This document shows, piece after piece, positions 1-8,960 of a stretch of 64,000 nucleotides of DNA (positions within the stretch are counted from its first letter, which is position 1; each line of letters starts with the position of its first letter). The notes beneath the pieces are model-generated. The model saw only the letters and a list, made by a program, of their open reading frames with translations. It was not told where the DNA came from and made no database searches. The position numbers and the translations under genes are program-made. The stretch is taken from contig JAOMDR010000003.1 of NCBI GenBank assembly GCA_028345575.1, forward strand, positions 8,777-72,776, in the 5' to 3' direction. This DNA comes from Candidatus Nitrosopelagicus sp. GTDB taxonomy: Archaea; Thermoproteota; Nitrososphaeria; Nitrososphaerales; Nitrosopumilaceae.

Positions 1-705
1 TCTGATATTGATATGATTCTAAATTACATGGATTTGTTAAAAATCAAAGCATGTTGTGTCTCAATGGATATTGAAACTTCTAATGAAACCTTAACTTTAC
101 ATGAAAAATCAAAAAATGTTCTACCTTTCATCGGAATTCATCCCGAAATGGCTCAAAAAGATCCTTTACCTGTTTATGATCTGATTGAAAAAAATTATGA
201 AACTATTACTGGTGTTGGTGAGATTGGACTAGATAGAACTTACATTGATTCTGAAGATGAATGGAAAGTACAAAAAAATATTTTCTCAAAACAACTATCT
301 TTAGCAGAGAAATTTAACAAACCTGTATCTATTCATTCACGAAAAACATTACCTGATATTTTTGAAATTTTACCTTCTTACAAAATACCTGGAATCTTAC
401 TTCATTGGTTTGATGGAAATAAATCTCAATTAAAAACTGCCATGGACAATCAATATTTTGTATCATATGGCCCTTTACTGGTTTATGCAAACGATAAACA
501 AGTATTACTTACAAAAACAGATCCTTCTAGGCTTTTGGTTGAGACTGATGGTCCTGTCAAATTTTCTCACTGTTTTGAATACAAAACTACTGAAATCATG
601 TTTGTACCAAGCGTAATTTTCTGTGCCTCAAAAATCCTTCATACATCGTATGAAAGTTTACTAGCCCAAATAGAAGATAATTCGAAGAAATTTTTAGGAA
701 TTTGA
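1..705 (+). CDS. tatD: TatD-family deoxyribonuclease (5' truncated by window edge)
   Basis: GIHP, GVGEIGLD, SIHSR, LHWF and VETDGP motifs; the frame is open from base 1, so the true start (N-terminal HxH) is upstream of the window. Confidence 0.92.
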   Translation, partial: SDIDMILNYMDLLKIKACCVSMDIETSNETLTLHEKSKNVLPFIGIHPEMAQKDPLPVYDLIEKNYETITGVGEIGLDRTYIDSEDEWKVQKNIFSKQLSLAEKFNKPVSIHSRKTLPDIFEILPSYKIPGILLHWFDGNKSQLKTAMDNQYFVSYGPLLVYANDKQVLLTKTDPSRLLVETDGPVKFSHCFEYKTTEIMFVPSVIFCASKILHTSYESLLAQIEDNSKKFLGI

Positions 706-742
706 TGGTACATATATAAAAAACTAAAAAATCAAACTCCTA

Positions 743-1171
743 GTGGATAGAATAAAGCGTATTTCAAATGAAGTTATGAATGAATATTCTGAACGTTTCG
801 GAACTGATTTTGCAGCTAACAAACAGTCATTGAACGAAATTTCCATTGTACGTTCAAAAGGTTTGAAAAATAAAATTGCTGGTTATATTACCAAAATTCT
901 TCAAAGAAAAGCCAAATTTGATGAACGAAAACAAATGTTAATTGATAATGAAAAGAAATCTCAAGAACGTAAACAATCAAGGTCAAAAAAACCTGAAGTA
1001 GAATCTGAAGAAGATACTGCATCTATTGAAATTGTTGGTGGTGTCGAAGATCCTCATACTGACGAAGGAATAAGACATGTTACTGAAGAACCAGGCTCAG
1101 AAACTGAAACTACCGCATCTGAAGAAAAATCCACTGCTGAAGAAATTGTTGATGAATCAAAATCTGAATAA
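743..1171 (+). CDS. rps17e: 30S ribosomal protein S17e with long acidic C-terminal tail
   Basis: F..DF..NK...SK.LKNKIAGYIT signature; GTG start. Confidence 0.92.
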   Translation: MDRIKRISNEVMNEYSERFGTDFAANKQSLNEISIVRSKGLKNKIAGYITKILQRKAKFDERKQMLIDNEKKSQERKQSRSKKPEVESEEDTASIEIVGGVEDPHTDEGIRHVTEEPGSETETTASEEKSTAEEIVDESKSE

Positions 1172-1207
1172 CAAAATCAATTAATTTACCAAAAATAACC
1201 AATCCTT

Positions 1208-1978
1208 ATGATTACTGTTAATTTCATAGGTGGCGCACGAAAATCTTTTCAAACTGATTCATTAGAAATAACTCAAAATATTGACACTATTTCTGAGATG
1301 ATATCTCATCTTATTTCAAAAAAACCAGAAAATACTCCTGACTTTGATGGAAAAAATTTATTGATTGCAGTCAATGGAGTTGATTCTTCAGCGCTTGCTG
1401 GTAACAACACTCATCTAAATTCTGGTGATGTTGTAAATATCATACCGATAATTCATGGTGGTTCAAAAACAAATGTTACATTTACAATAAAAAATAATCA
1501 GATTCAATTATTTGAAATTAAAAAATTATGCGCGAATAAGGAATATCTTGTATCTTTAAGAAAGAAATTTCCCAAATTATATTTACAAGCAATCTCATCA
1601 AAATTTATACTTGATAGGGAACATGCAAAAAAAATTATAACTATTTCTATAACCCAAAAATTAAATGATCAATTACTTTCTGATAAAATTGAAACTGATT
1701 TACTTCTGAGATTTTCAAATACCACTCAAATTAAAGATGCAATAAAAAATGTTGGATTATCTGAATCTGAAAATTTTATTTTAATATCTATAGGTGCAAA
1801 ATCTCATCTAACTAAACTAAATGAATCTATATCTCATGATCAAGATGTAATTTTTACCAAAAACCATTCTGTTTTTATCAAAAAATATTTTAAAATATCT
1901 TCTAAAACTCTAAATTCAATTGAATCTAAAACACCTCTTGTTGATTTACTTGTTGAAAAAGCATCAATACTAATCTAA
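1208..1978 (+). CDS. Ubiquitin-like (Urm1/SAMP/MoaD-ThiS) domain fused to KEOPS subunit Cgi121
   Basis: N-half: V.FIGG...LIAVNGVD...GDVV.IIPIIHGG; C-half: ETDLLLRFS.T.QI.DAI..VG...LLVEKAS Cgi121 motifs. Confidence 0.85.
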   Translation: MITVNFIGGARKSFQTDSLEITQNIDTISEMISHLISKKPENTPDFDGKNLLIAVNGVDSSALAGNNTHLNSGDVVNIIPIIHGGSKTNVTFTIKNNQIQLFEIKKLCANKEYLVSLRKKFPKLYLQAISSKFILDREHAKKIITISITQKLNDQLLSDKIETDLLLRFSNTTQIKDAIKNVGLSESENFILISIGAKSHLTKLNESISHDQDVIFTKNHSVFIKKYFKISSKTLNSIESKTPLVDLLVEKASILI

Positions 1979-2491
1979 TTCAACACGTTTTTGTCTATTC
2001 ACACTTAAAATTGTATTTGGTGGAATTATGCTAATACCTGTCTTGTTTCTTAACACTTGAATAATTATTTCCCAATCTGAATTTTCTAATGAAACTTTAT
2101 TTGATAATGAATCTGCAATATTAGAAATAATTTCACTGGTATGTAATGATGATTGTCGTTTTTCTACTGTAATTCTGTATGTATCATTTTTTTTAATCAT
2201 ATTTGATAATCCAATCACTTTATCTCTAATCTCATCTAATTTTGATTCACATTCTGCTTGAATAGGAATTATTCTCGAACAGTATTTGATCAACCATGGT
2301 TCATCTTCGATCACTCCTTTGAAATCCTCCAAAACTTTCATTATATCCAATTCAGTCTCAACCTGAATTATTCCTGAAAAAATAGTTTTTTCAACAATTG
2401 GTCCTGTATCTCCAAATCTTTCTAACATATTTTGTATTTCCAAAATAGTTGGTTCTTCAAGATTTCTCTGACATGTAATAATCAGATTCAT
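1970..2491 (-). CDS. THUMP-domain RNA-binding protein
   Basis: SRIIPI, TYRITVEKR, VSLENSD.EIIIQV THUMP pattern. Confidence 0.85.
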   Translation of the reverse strand: MNLIITCQRNLEEPTILEIQNMLERFGDTGPIVEKTIFSGIIQVETELDIMKVLEDFKGVIEDEPWLIKYCSRIIPIQAECESKLDEIRDKVIGLSNMIKKNDTYRITVEKRQSSLHTSEIISNIADSLSNKVSLENSDWEIIIQVLRNKTGISIIPPNTILSVNRQKRVELD

Positions 2492-3087
2492 AATATTTTC
2501 TCTATGTCCTGTTTTGAAATTGAACCTTCTCTAATCACTTTCAATTGATCACCAATAAAATCAATGATGGTTGATTCACCTAAACTAGTAATTTTTCCAC
2601 CATTCACTAAAATATCTATTTCAGGTAGCTTTGTTTTACATTCGTCCGAATCTAGAATTGATTTTTCACCTGAAATATTTGCACTAGTCCCAACAATTAA
2701 TTTACATTTTTCTAAAATTGATAGTACACATTCATTATTTGGAACTCTCACAGCTAACTTTCCATTATTACTAATTCTATGAGTTATTTCCTTTCTAATT
2801 GGAAGTAACATAGTGATTTGTCCTGGCCAAAATTCTTCCGAAATTTTTTCTGCAATTGTGTTAAATTGAACAATTTTCTCTAATTCTTTCTTTGAAAATC
2901 CTAAAATTGGAAATCTCTTTTCACCTTCTCTGTTTTTTATATCATAAATTTTAGAAACACTATCTTTATTGAAAGGATTACATCCTATGCCATAAACTGT
3001 ATCTGTTGGATAGGCGATAATCTGTCCATTTTCATACGCATTTGCAATTTTATCTATTCCATTTTCGTCGCAGTTTACTATATTCAC
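2488..3087 (-). CDS. tsaC: L-threonylcarbamoyladenylate synthase (Sua5/TsaC/YrdC)
   Basis: PTDTVYG, KNR, FWPG, TSANISG, STIID motifs. Confidence 0.93.
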   Translation of the reverse strand: MNIVNCDENGIDKIANAYENGQIIAYPTDTVYGIGCNPFNKDSVSKIYDIKNREGEKRFPILGFSKKELEKIVQFNTIAEKISEEFWPGQITMLLPIRKEITHRISNNGKLAVRVPNNECVLSILEKCKLIVGTSANISGEKSILDSDECKTKLPEIDILVNGGKITSLGESTIIDFIGDQLKVIREGSISKQDIEKIL

Positions 3088-3131
3088 AATGTAAATCTAA
3101 ACTTCACAAATAATTATGTTGTTTGATTTTC

Positions 3132-3419
3132 CTAAATTGTCAAACCAAAATTATCTGTAAATTCAGAAAACCTCTTGAATTCTCTTAAAAATTCCTTTCC
3201 AGATACACTAATTTTATATTTACAAGCTCGTTTGGAATCAACTTGTTCTAATAATCCTTGTGAAACTAAATTTGTTAAAATTTTTGAAATTCTACTATGG
3301 GAGATATTTGCTTTTTGAATTAATTTGGTAATTGATGCTCCCTCTTGATCAATAGTAAGTTCTTCTGCGGCATCTAAAATATCTCCGACAATTTGTATCT
3401 GTTTTCTATATGTGCTCAT
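3132..3419 (-). CDS. Winged helix-turn-helix transcriptional regulator
   Basis: YR...QIV.DIL...IT.L...AN.S......L..L...GLL......Y.IS..G.EFL pattern of small archaeal wHTH proteins. Confidence 0.8.
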   Translation of the reverse strand: MSTYRKQIQIVGDILDAAEELTIDQEGASITKLIQKANISHSRISKILTNLVSQGLLEQVDSKRACKYKISVSGKEFLREFKRFSEFTDNFGLTI

Positions 3420-3453
3420 TTAAGAAAATTCTACTTGATTCTGCTATGATCTT

Positions 3454-3469
3454 ATTCAATCTATTGAAT
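3454..3469. promoter_or_regulatory. Palindrome ATTCAAT-CT-ATTGAAT upstream of the wHTH gene (candidate operator)
   Basis: Perfect 7-bp inverted repeat between a minus-strand TTTAT box (~3481-3485) and the wHTH start at 3419. Confidence 0.4.
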
Positions 3470-3512
3470 GAACAAAGAGGATAAACTTTTTTGACTCTGA
3501 AAACTTTCATGC

Positions 3513-4178
3513 CTATTTTCCAAATTCTTCATCTTCTTCATCTTCTAAATCATCAAATTTTATTTTTCTTAATGGCAATCTCGAAATTGGTAAAAATAAC
3601 GAAATCAATCCAGATATTTTCAATAAAATTGAAATTGAATAAAGAATTGATTCTGGGAAAACTAGCGAATACCATGCAATAAATTCACCAAATGCTAACA
3701 ATGCAAGTCCGGTACCAACTGCTAATGCACCTTTTTGTTTTCCTTCCAAAAATGAAACAAATGTCTCAATTGCTCCATAAACAAGTAAAATAAATGAAAA
3801 TGATCTGATAATATGTTCTATGTTCATTGCTGATAGTGCAAATAATGGTAAAATTCCAACTGATCTAAAGTATCGTGATTTTGGGAAAAATGATTTTATT
3901 GTATGTGAAAATGCAATGAAAAAATAACCGATCGTTTGTGTTCCTAAACCTAAAGCTTGTAATCCTCGATTAATTTTTCCTTCTTGTAAAACTAAATCAT
4001 CAATCACATATCCTCCCCAAATTATTCCGAAACCAATTCCAATCGCAAAGAATGCAATTGTTAATCTAAATAAAACTGGGCTTCCCGTATTTTTATAACC
4101 CACATATGCAAAAGTACCTATGATTATTCCTATAATGAATCCTACAAGATTCAAAATATTTTCTAATAAGAACTCCAT
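3513..4178 (-). CDS. Multi-pass membrane protein of unknown function
   Basis: About 7 hydrophobic segments, internally repeated motif, acidic C-tail. Confidence 0.8.
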   Translation of the reverse strand: MEFLLENILNLVGFIIGIIIGTFAYVGYKNTGSPVLFRLTIAFFAIGIGFGIIWGGYVIDDLVLQEGKINRGLQALGLGTQTIGYFFIAFSHTIKSFFPKSRYFRSVGILPLFALSAMNIEHIIRSFSFILLVYGAIETFVSFLEGKQKGALAVGTGLALLAFGEFIAWYSLVFPESILYSISILLKISGLISLFLPISRLPLRKIKFDDLEDEEDEEFGK

Positions 4179-4249
4179 TTCAATTATTTGCCTATTACTA
4201 AATTAATTAAGTCTTGTAGAAAATTGATTCATAACCTGATTAATTCTGT

Positions 4250-4462
4250 TTAATCTTCCCATTCGTCTAACGTTCCAGCTGTTTCTCCTTCTGTTGTTCC
4301 TGTATAATCTCCTAAAATATCCGAATATTGTGCTTCATTATGTGCTACAAACCTTACGTATTCTCCATAACTCATATCCAAACCACATTTTTTACATTCT
4401 ACATATGAAAAATCTGGAGCTAATTCTGCATCCTCTTTACATTTTGGACACTTGATCTTCAT
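4250..4462 (-). CDS. Small Zn-ribbon protein
   Basis: CPKC...CKKC, acidic tail ending LDEWED. Confidence 0.75.
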   Translation of the reverse strand: MKIKCPKCKEDAELAPDFSYVECKKCGLDMSYGEYVRFVAHNEAQYSDILGDYTGTTEGETAGTLDEWED

Positions 4463-4536
4463 ATTCTATTTTTATTTGTAGAGTATTATTGCTTTTATCA
4501 AGAAGAGATAAATTGAAATAAAATTTCTAACTGATA

Positions 4537-4815
4537 TTGAGTAAAATCTGTACAAAATGTAAAGAAGAAATTTCCGATAATGATGTATTGGAATCACAGG
4601 CAGAGAAATATCCTGTATGTTCAAAATGTTGGGCTGAGTGGAAAGAGATGAAAATCATGGTCATAAATGAAATGCATCTTGATCTATCTCTATCAGATCA
4701 TCGAAAGGTACTCCGAAAACATGAAAAAATATTTGCCGGTGTAATGACTCCTGAGGGTGATTATGTTGACTTTCAAAATGAAGATAATAGAAATCCTGAA
4801 GAAAAACCAGCTTAG
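4537..4815 (+). CDS. YggX-like Fe(II)-trafficking / Fe-S protection protein
   Basis: C..CW.EW....MVINE..LDL....R..L matches the YggX core; TTG start. Confidence 0.75.
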   Translation: MSKICTKCKEEISDNDVLESQAEKYPVCSKCWAEWKEMKIMVINEMHLDLSLSDHRKVLRKHEKIFAGVMTPEGDYVDFQNEDNRNPEEKPA

Positions 4816-5273
4816 AAGTTAAATAATTTTTTAGCAGAATCTGGAGCTAACAAATTCATCTTCCTCTTAGATTCTTCATCCAATCTATCAAAAACTATCT
4901 TTATTGATGTTATCAAAATCTGCTGTTTTTGACTATCTACTTGCAAAAATATCTCAAAAATTGCATCTAAATTAAAAAGAATGATCTTATCTGGTGATGC
5001 TAGTATATGTTTAAAGTAATTTGAAAACATATCTTCCCTATTTTCACTATTAATTGTTGAAAGTACCTCTAACCATGTTCTGAATAATTTTGAGAAATTG
5101 GGGAATGGAATAGTTGGACCTGCGTTAAGTGCATTGATTATGATCTCTGCTTTTTCATCATCATTCTTTGAGAAAAACTCTGTCATTCTTTTTTTGAGAA
5201 TTGGTGTTCTTAGAAAATCTGGTAAACTAGCAAGATTTACAATAATATTTCCAGCAAAATTAGGTTCTGACAC
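4812..5273 (-). CDS. Hypothetical protein
   Basis: 153-aa ORF with normal composition, fills the gap between neighbours. Confidence 0.7.
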   Translation of the reverse strand: MSEPNFAGNIIVNLASLPDFLRTPILKKRMTEFFSKNDDEKAEIIINALNAGPTIPFPNFSKLFRTWLEVLSTINSENREDMFSNYFKHILASPDKIILFNLDAIFEIFLQVDSQKQQILITSIKIVFDRLDEESKRKMNLLAPDSAKKLFNF

Positions 5274-5346
5274 ACTATCAAATTTAGAGACTTGATATTA
5301 ACCGTAATGCACTTTAGCTTAAATATGTGATTTGAAAATTTGTGTT

Positions 5347-6348
5347 ATGGGTGCAAGTATAGTTGTTGGAGGTTTTTTTGGAGATGAAGGTAAAGGCAAA
5401 ATTATATCATATTTGGCACAAAAAGATAATCCTTCAATAGTTGTTAGAGGTGGCGCTGGTCCAAACGCTGGTCATACAATCAAAGATGGCGAAAAAACTT
5501 ACAAAGTTAGAATGTTACCAAGTGGATTTCTAAATAAAAATTCTAAAGTCATGATTGGACCTGGCGTGGTTGTAAATCCTGATGTTTTTCTAAAAGAAAT
5601 AAATGATTTTGGAACTGATGGAAGATCGTTTCTTGATAATAACTGTGGAATAATTGAAAAGCATCATCTTGAAGCTGATTCACAAGGTAGATTAAAAGAA
5701 AAAATTGGTAGTACTGGTTCTGGAACCGGTCCTGCAAATGCTGAGCGTGCAATGAGAACTTTAAAAATGGCAAAAGAGATTACATCATTACAAAAATACA
5801 TTGTTGATGTTCCTCTAGAAATTAATAATGCTTTAGACAAAAATGAGAATGTTTTGATAGAAGGAACTCAAGGTACTCACTTATCACTTTGGCACGGAAC
5901 ATATCCTTTTGTAACCACAAAAGATGTAACTGCATCTGGAATTTGTGCTGATGTGGGAGTGGGTCCAAAAAGAATTGATGACGTAATAGTAGTTTTTAAA
6001 TCATATCTGACTAGAGTTGGCACTGGTCCAATGGAGGGTGAACTTAGTCCTGAAGAAACATCTGAAAAAGGTTGGGAAGAATTTGGAACTGTAACTGGAA
6101 GATTAAGACGTGCAGCTGAATTTGATTTCACTCTTGCCAGTCGTGCAATTATGCTTAGTAGTGCAAATCAAATTTCAATTACAAAATTAGATGTAAGATT
6201 CCCTGAATGCGCAGGGGCACAATCTATTGATGACTTAGGCTCAGAACCAAAACTATTCATAAAAAATATTGAAGAAAAATTAGGCGTGCCTGTCACATTA
6301 ATTGGAACTGGAGCAGGCGTGAATGATATTATTGATTTACGCACATAA
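5347..6348 (+). CDS. purA: Adenylosuccinate synthetase (short archaeal type)
   Basis: GDEGKGK, GPNAGHT, GSTGSG.GP, EGTQG, GTYPFVT, GTVTGR.RR; ATG at 5347 preferred over TTG 5332. Confidence 0.97.
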   Translation: MGASIVVGGFFGDEGKGKIISYLAQKDNPSIVVRGGAGPNAGHTIKDGEKTYKVRMLPSGFLNKNSKVMIGPGVVVNPDVFLKEINDFGTDGRSFLDNNCGIIEKHHLEADSQGRLKEKIGSTGSGTGPANAERAMRTLKMAKEITSLQKYIVDVPLEINNALDKNENVLIEGTQGTHLSLWHGTYPFVTTKDVTASGICADVGVGPKRIDDVIVVFKSYLTRVGTGPMEGELSPEETSEKGWEEFGTVTGRLRRAAEFDFTLASRAIMLSSANQISITKLDVRFPECAGAQSIDDLGSEPKLFIKNIEEKLGVPVTLIGTGAGVNDIIDLRT

Positions 6349-6393
6349 TTTTTTTCAGTAAGCTTTAATTTAGAATTTTAAAAAAAATAATCA

Positions 6394-7056
6394 ATGGCAA
6401 CTCTACCAAATTATGTACAATTAGATTCACCTTTAGAATTTACACGTTTGGTATGTGCTCTAGAACGTTCTCCGCGCGTATCATTTCTTCATGAACATAA
6501 CGGAAAAAAAGTTTTGTCTGTTCAAATGGATTTACTAAAAGAAAAACCTGTAATTTATTTCACACCAATTGAAAATATTGGTCACTATCTCTGTTATGGA
6601 TTTAATTCTGGTCAGGAAAAACTTGAATTAGTAGACACCACTCTAGATAATTCTAAACTTTATTCTCCAATAATTAAAATAAAATCTCTTCCTGCATCTC
6701 TAAAACCTGATATTGAAGCTTCCAAAGAAAAATACCAACCAATTGAATTAGAAGATCTTTCCAGTTTAGCTAAACTCAGCTTTGGATACGAAGAAGCACC
6801 ATTTCCATTATTTGCTTTTAAGCAAAGAGACAAGTGGTTCTTGGGTGTCTTTCTTAATTTTAACGAAGATGGACCTTCATATTTCTGTCATGTTAGTTTA
6901 GATGATGAACCAACAAAACCGTTTTTGAAATATACTACATCTAAAAAATCAGAGCCTGAATTTGTAACTCATACTGGTGAACATGGTTATTCTTACATCA
7001 AAATAATAAAGTTAAAAGACTCACATCCATTGGTCGATTATGACCAAATTCAGTGA
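6394..7056 (+). CDS. Hypothetical protein
   Basis: 220-aa ORF overlapping the pyrF start. Confidence 0.75.
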   Translation: MATLPNYVQLDSPLEFTRLVCALERSPRVSFLHEHNGKKVLSVQMDLLKEKPVIYFTPIENIGHYLCYGFNSGQEKLELVDTTLDNSKLYSPIIKIKSLPASLKPDIEASKEKYQPIELEDLSSLAKLSFGYEEAPFPLFAFKQRDKWFLGVFLNFNEDGPSYFCHVSLDDEPTKPFLKYTTSKKSEPEFVTHTGEHGYSYIKIIKLKDSHPLVDYDQIQ

Positions 7057-7777
7057 TAGAATAAAAAAATCTGCAAAAACATCTCCGATCATTTTAGCAA
7101 ATGATTATGATCCAAAAATAACTAATATGGAAGCAAAGACATTACGTAACATTAAACTTCTAAACAATTACTTATGTGGGATAAAAATCAACTTTCATCT
7201 TCTTTTACAATTAGATAAAAAACAAATCTCAAAAATTAATAAAACTGCACATGATTATGGATTACAATGTATTGCTGATATAAAATTAAATGATATAGGA
7301 AATACAAATTTCATTACTGCTGAAAATTTGTGGAACATGGGATTTGATGCAGTAATTGTCAATCCAATTATGGGGAAAAAAAGTCTAAAAAATTTAGTAG
7401 AATTATCTCATAAGAAAAACAAAGGAGTAATTTCACTATGTCATATGAGTGCGCCGGAAGCAAAACTTTCTTATGAATTAGAAATTAAAAATAACTCAAA
7501 AAAACAACAACTCTATCAATTATTTTTAGATTGGGCATTGACTAGTCATGTAGATGGAATAATTGTTGGTGCTACTTACCCAAAAATTATATCTTATTGT
7601 AAGAAATCTGTGCGTGGAAAATTATCATTGTTCTCTCCAGGAATAGGTATCCAAGGTGGAAGTGCATCAAAAGCAAAAAAACTTGGTTCTGACTATCTTA
7701 TTGTTGGACGAACTATTCTGAATTCAAAGAATCCTATTGAAACTACAAAAAACTTGGTTACTGATTCAATAATTTAA
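7040..7777 (+). CDS. pyrF: Orotidine-5'-phosphate decarboxylase
   Basis: DIKLNDIGNT, VGAT, SPGIG.QGG, IVGR motifs. Confidence 0.95.
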   Translation: MTKFSDRIKKSAKTSPIILANDYDPKITNMEAKTLRNIKLLNNYLCGIKINFHLLLQLDKKQISKINKTAHDYGLQCIADIKLNDIGNTNFITAENLWNMGFDAVIVNPIMGKKSLKNLVELSHKKNKGVISLCHMSAPEAKLSYELEIKNNSKKQQLYQLFLDWALTSHVDGIIVGATYPKIISYCKKSVRGKLSLFSPGIGIQGGSASKAKKLGSDYLIVGRTILNSKNPIETTKNLVTDSII

Positions 7778-8176
7778 AAATTTTTTAGATTTTTTTAAAA
7801 GATCTTTTGCATTTTTGTATGTAATTTTATTTAAGGCATTACTATAATCTAGCCAGATAAAATCTAAATGTTCATGTGATAAAATTATATCTAGAGTCTT
7901 TGTTTTTCCTAGGAAAAATATAACTTTCTTATGAATATCTTGATTATCTGCACGAAAATAATATTCAATCTCTTCTTTAAAACCTTCTAAAAATTCTATA
8001 TCTGATATTCCTGTTTCTTCATTAGTTTCTCTAAGTGCTGTTTCATGAGGTGTTTCCCCTTCCTCCATTTTGCCTTTGACAAAGTCCCAATGTTTAGATG
8101 GATAATTTAATAACAAAAATTTTCTATTTCCGTTATCATTAAATAAAATAATTCCTGATGACACTTCTTCCTTCAT
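7766..8176 (-). CDS. Nudix hydrolase, Ap4A hydrolase-like
   Basis: HWDFVKG and Nudix box G....GE....TALRE..EETGI, LSHEH. Confidence 0.9.
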   Translation of the reverse strand: MKEEVSSGIILFNDNGNRKFLLLNYPSKHWDFVKGKMEEGETPHETALRETNEETGISDIEFLEGFKEEIEYYFRADNQDIHKKVIFFLGKTKTLDIILSHEHLDFIWLDYSNALNKITYKNAKDLLKKSKKFLNY

Positions 8177-8177
8177 T

Positions 8178-8960
8178 TTATTTTCCTATCCTTCGTTTTC
8201 TTTTTTGAAATGTTCTGATTGCTCTCATTAAATCAATTTTTCTAAACTCTGGCCAGAAAATATCTAAAAATACTAATTCACTATATGCACTTTGCCATAA
8301 TAGGAATCCACTCATTCGTTTTTCACCTGATGTCCTTAAAATCATGTCTGGAGATGATTGTGGTAGGTGTGATGTATACAAATTGGATTCTATGACTTCT
8401 TTGTTGATATCTTCTGCATCTAATTCACCATCTCTAATCTGTGTTCCAATCTTTTTTACTGCATCAACTAACTCATCTTGCCCTCCATATGCAATTGCAA
8501 TATTTAGAAAATGTTTATTGTAATCTTTTGTAATTTTATCTAGTCTACTAAGAACATCTTTAATTGATTCTGGCAATAATTCGATAGTTCCAATTGCTTT
8601 CACTCTCATTTTATTTTTGTGTAATCTAGGATCATCATGTAATTTTTCTAATCTCTTATGAATTAATTCATAAAGATAATCCAATTCTTCATTTTTTCTA
8701 TCAAGATTTTCTGCTGATAATACGTATAATGTAATAATTTTGATATCAAATTCTTCGCACCAATCTAATAAATTTTCAACTGCATCTGCACCTTTAAAAT
8801 GACCTTTTTCTTGAATTGTTAAATTTCTTTTTGCCCATCTTCTATTACCATCTAGAATTATTGCTATATGATTAGGCATATCCCCTTGAAGAATATCATT
8901 TTCTAGTCTCTTGGAATAGATTGAATAAAATCCTGAAAGATATAATGCTGCGTCTTTTAT
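8178..8960 (-). CDS. uppS: cis-prenyltransferase (polyprenyl diphosphate synthase); N-terminus extended to a probable non-canonical start
   Basis: HIAIILDGNRRW, YGG..E, RTSGE.R.SGFL.WQ; in-frame IKDAALYLSGFYSIYSKRLENDI lies upstream of ATG 8879 (start position uncertain: 8960 ATA, 8969/8972 ATT, or 8879 ATG). Confidence 0.93.
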   Translation of the reverse strand: MKDAALYLSGFYSIYSKRLENDILQGDMPNHIAIILDGNRRWAKRNLTIQEKGHFKGADAVENLLDWCEEFDIKIITLYVLSAENLDRKNEELDYLYELIHKRLEKLHDDPRLHKNKMRVKAIGTIELLPESIKDVLSRLDKITKDYNKHFLNIAIAYGGQDELVDAVKKIGTQIRDGELDAEDINKEVIESNLYTSHLPQSSPDMILRTSGEKRMSGFLLWQSAYSELVFLDIFWPEFRKIDLMRAIRTFQKRKRRIGK

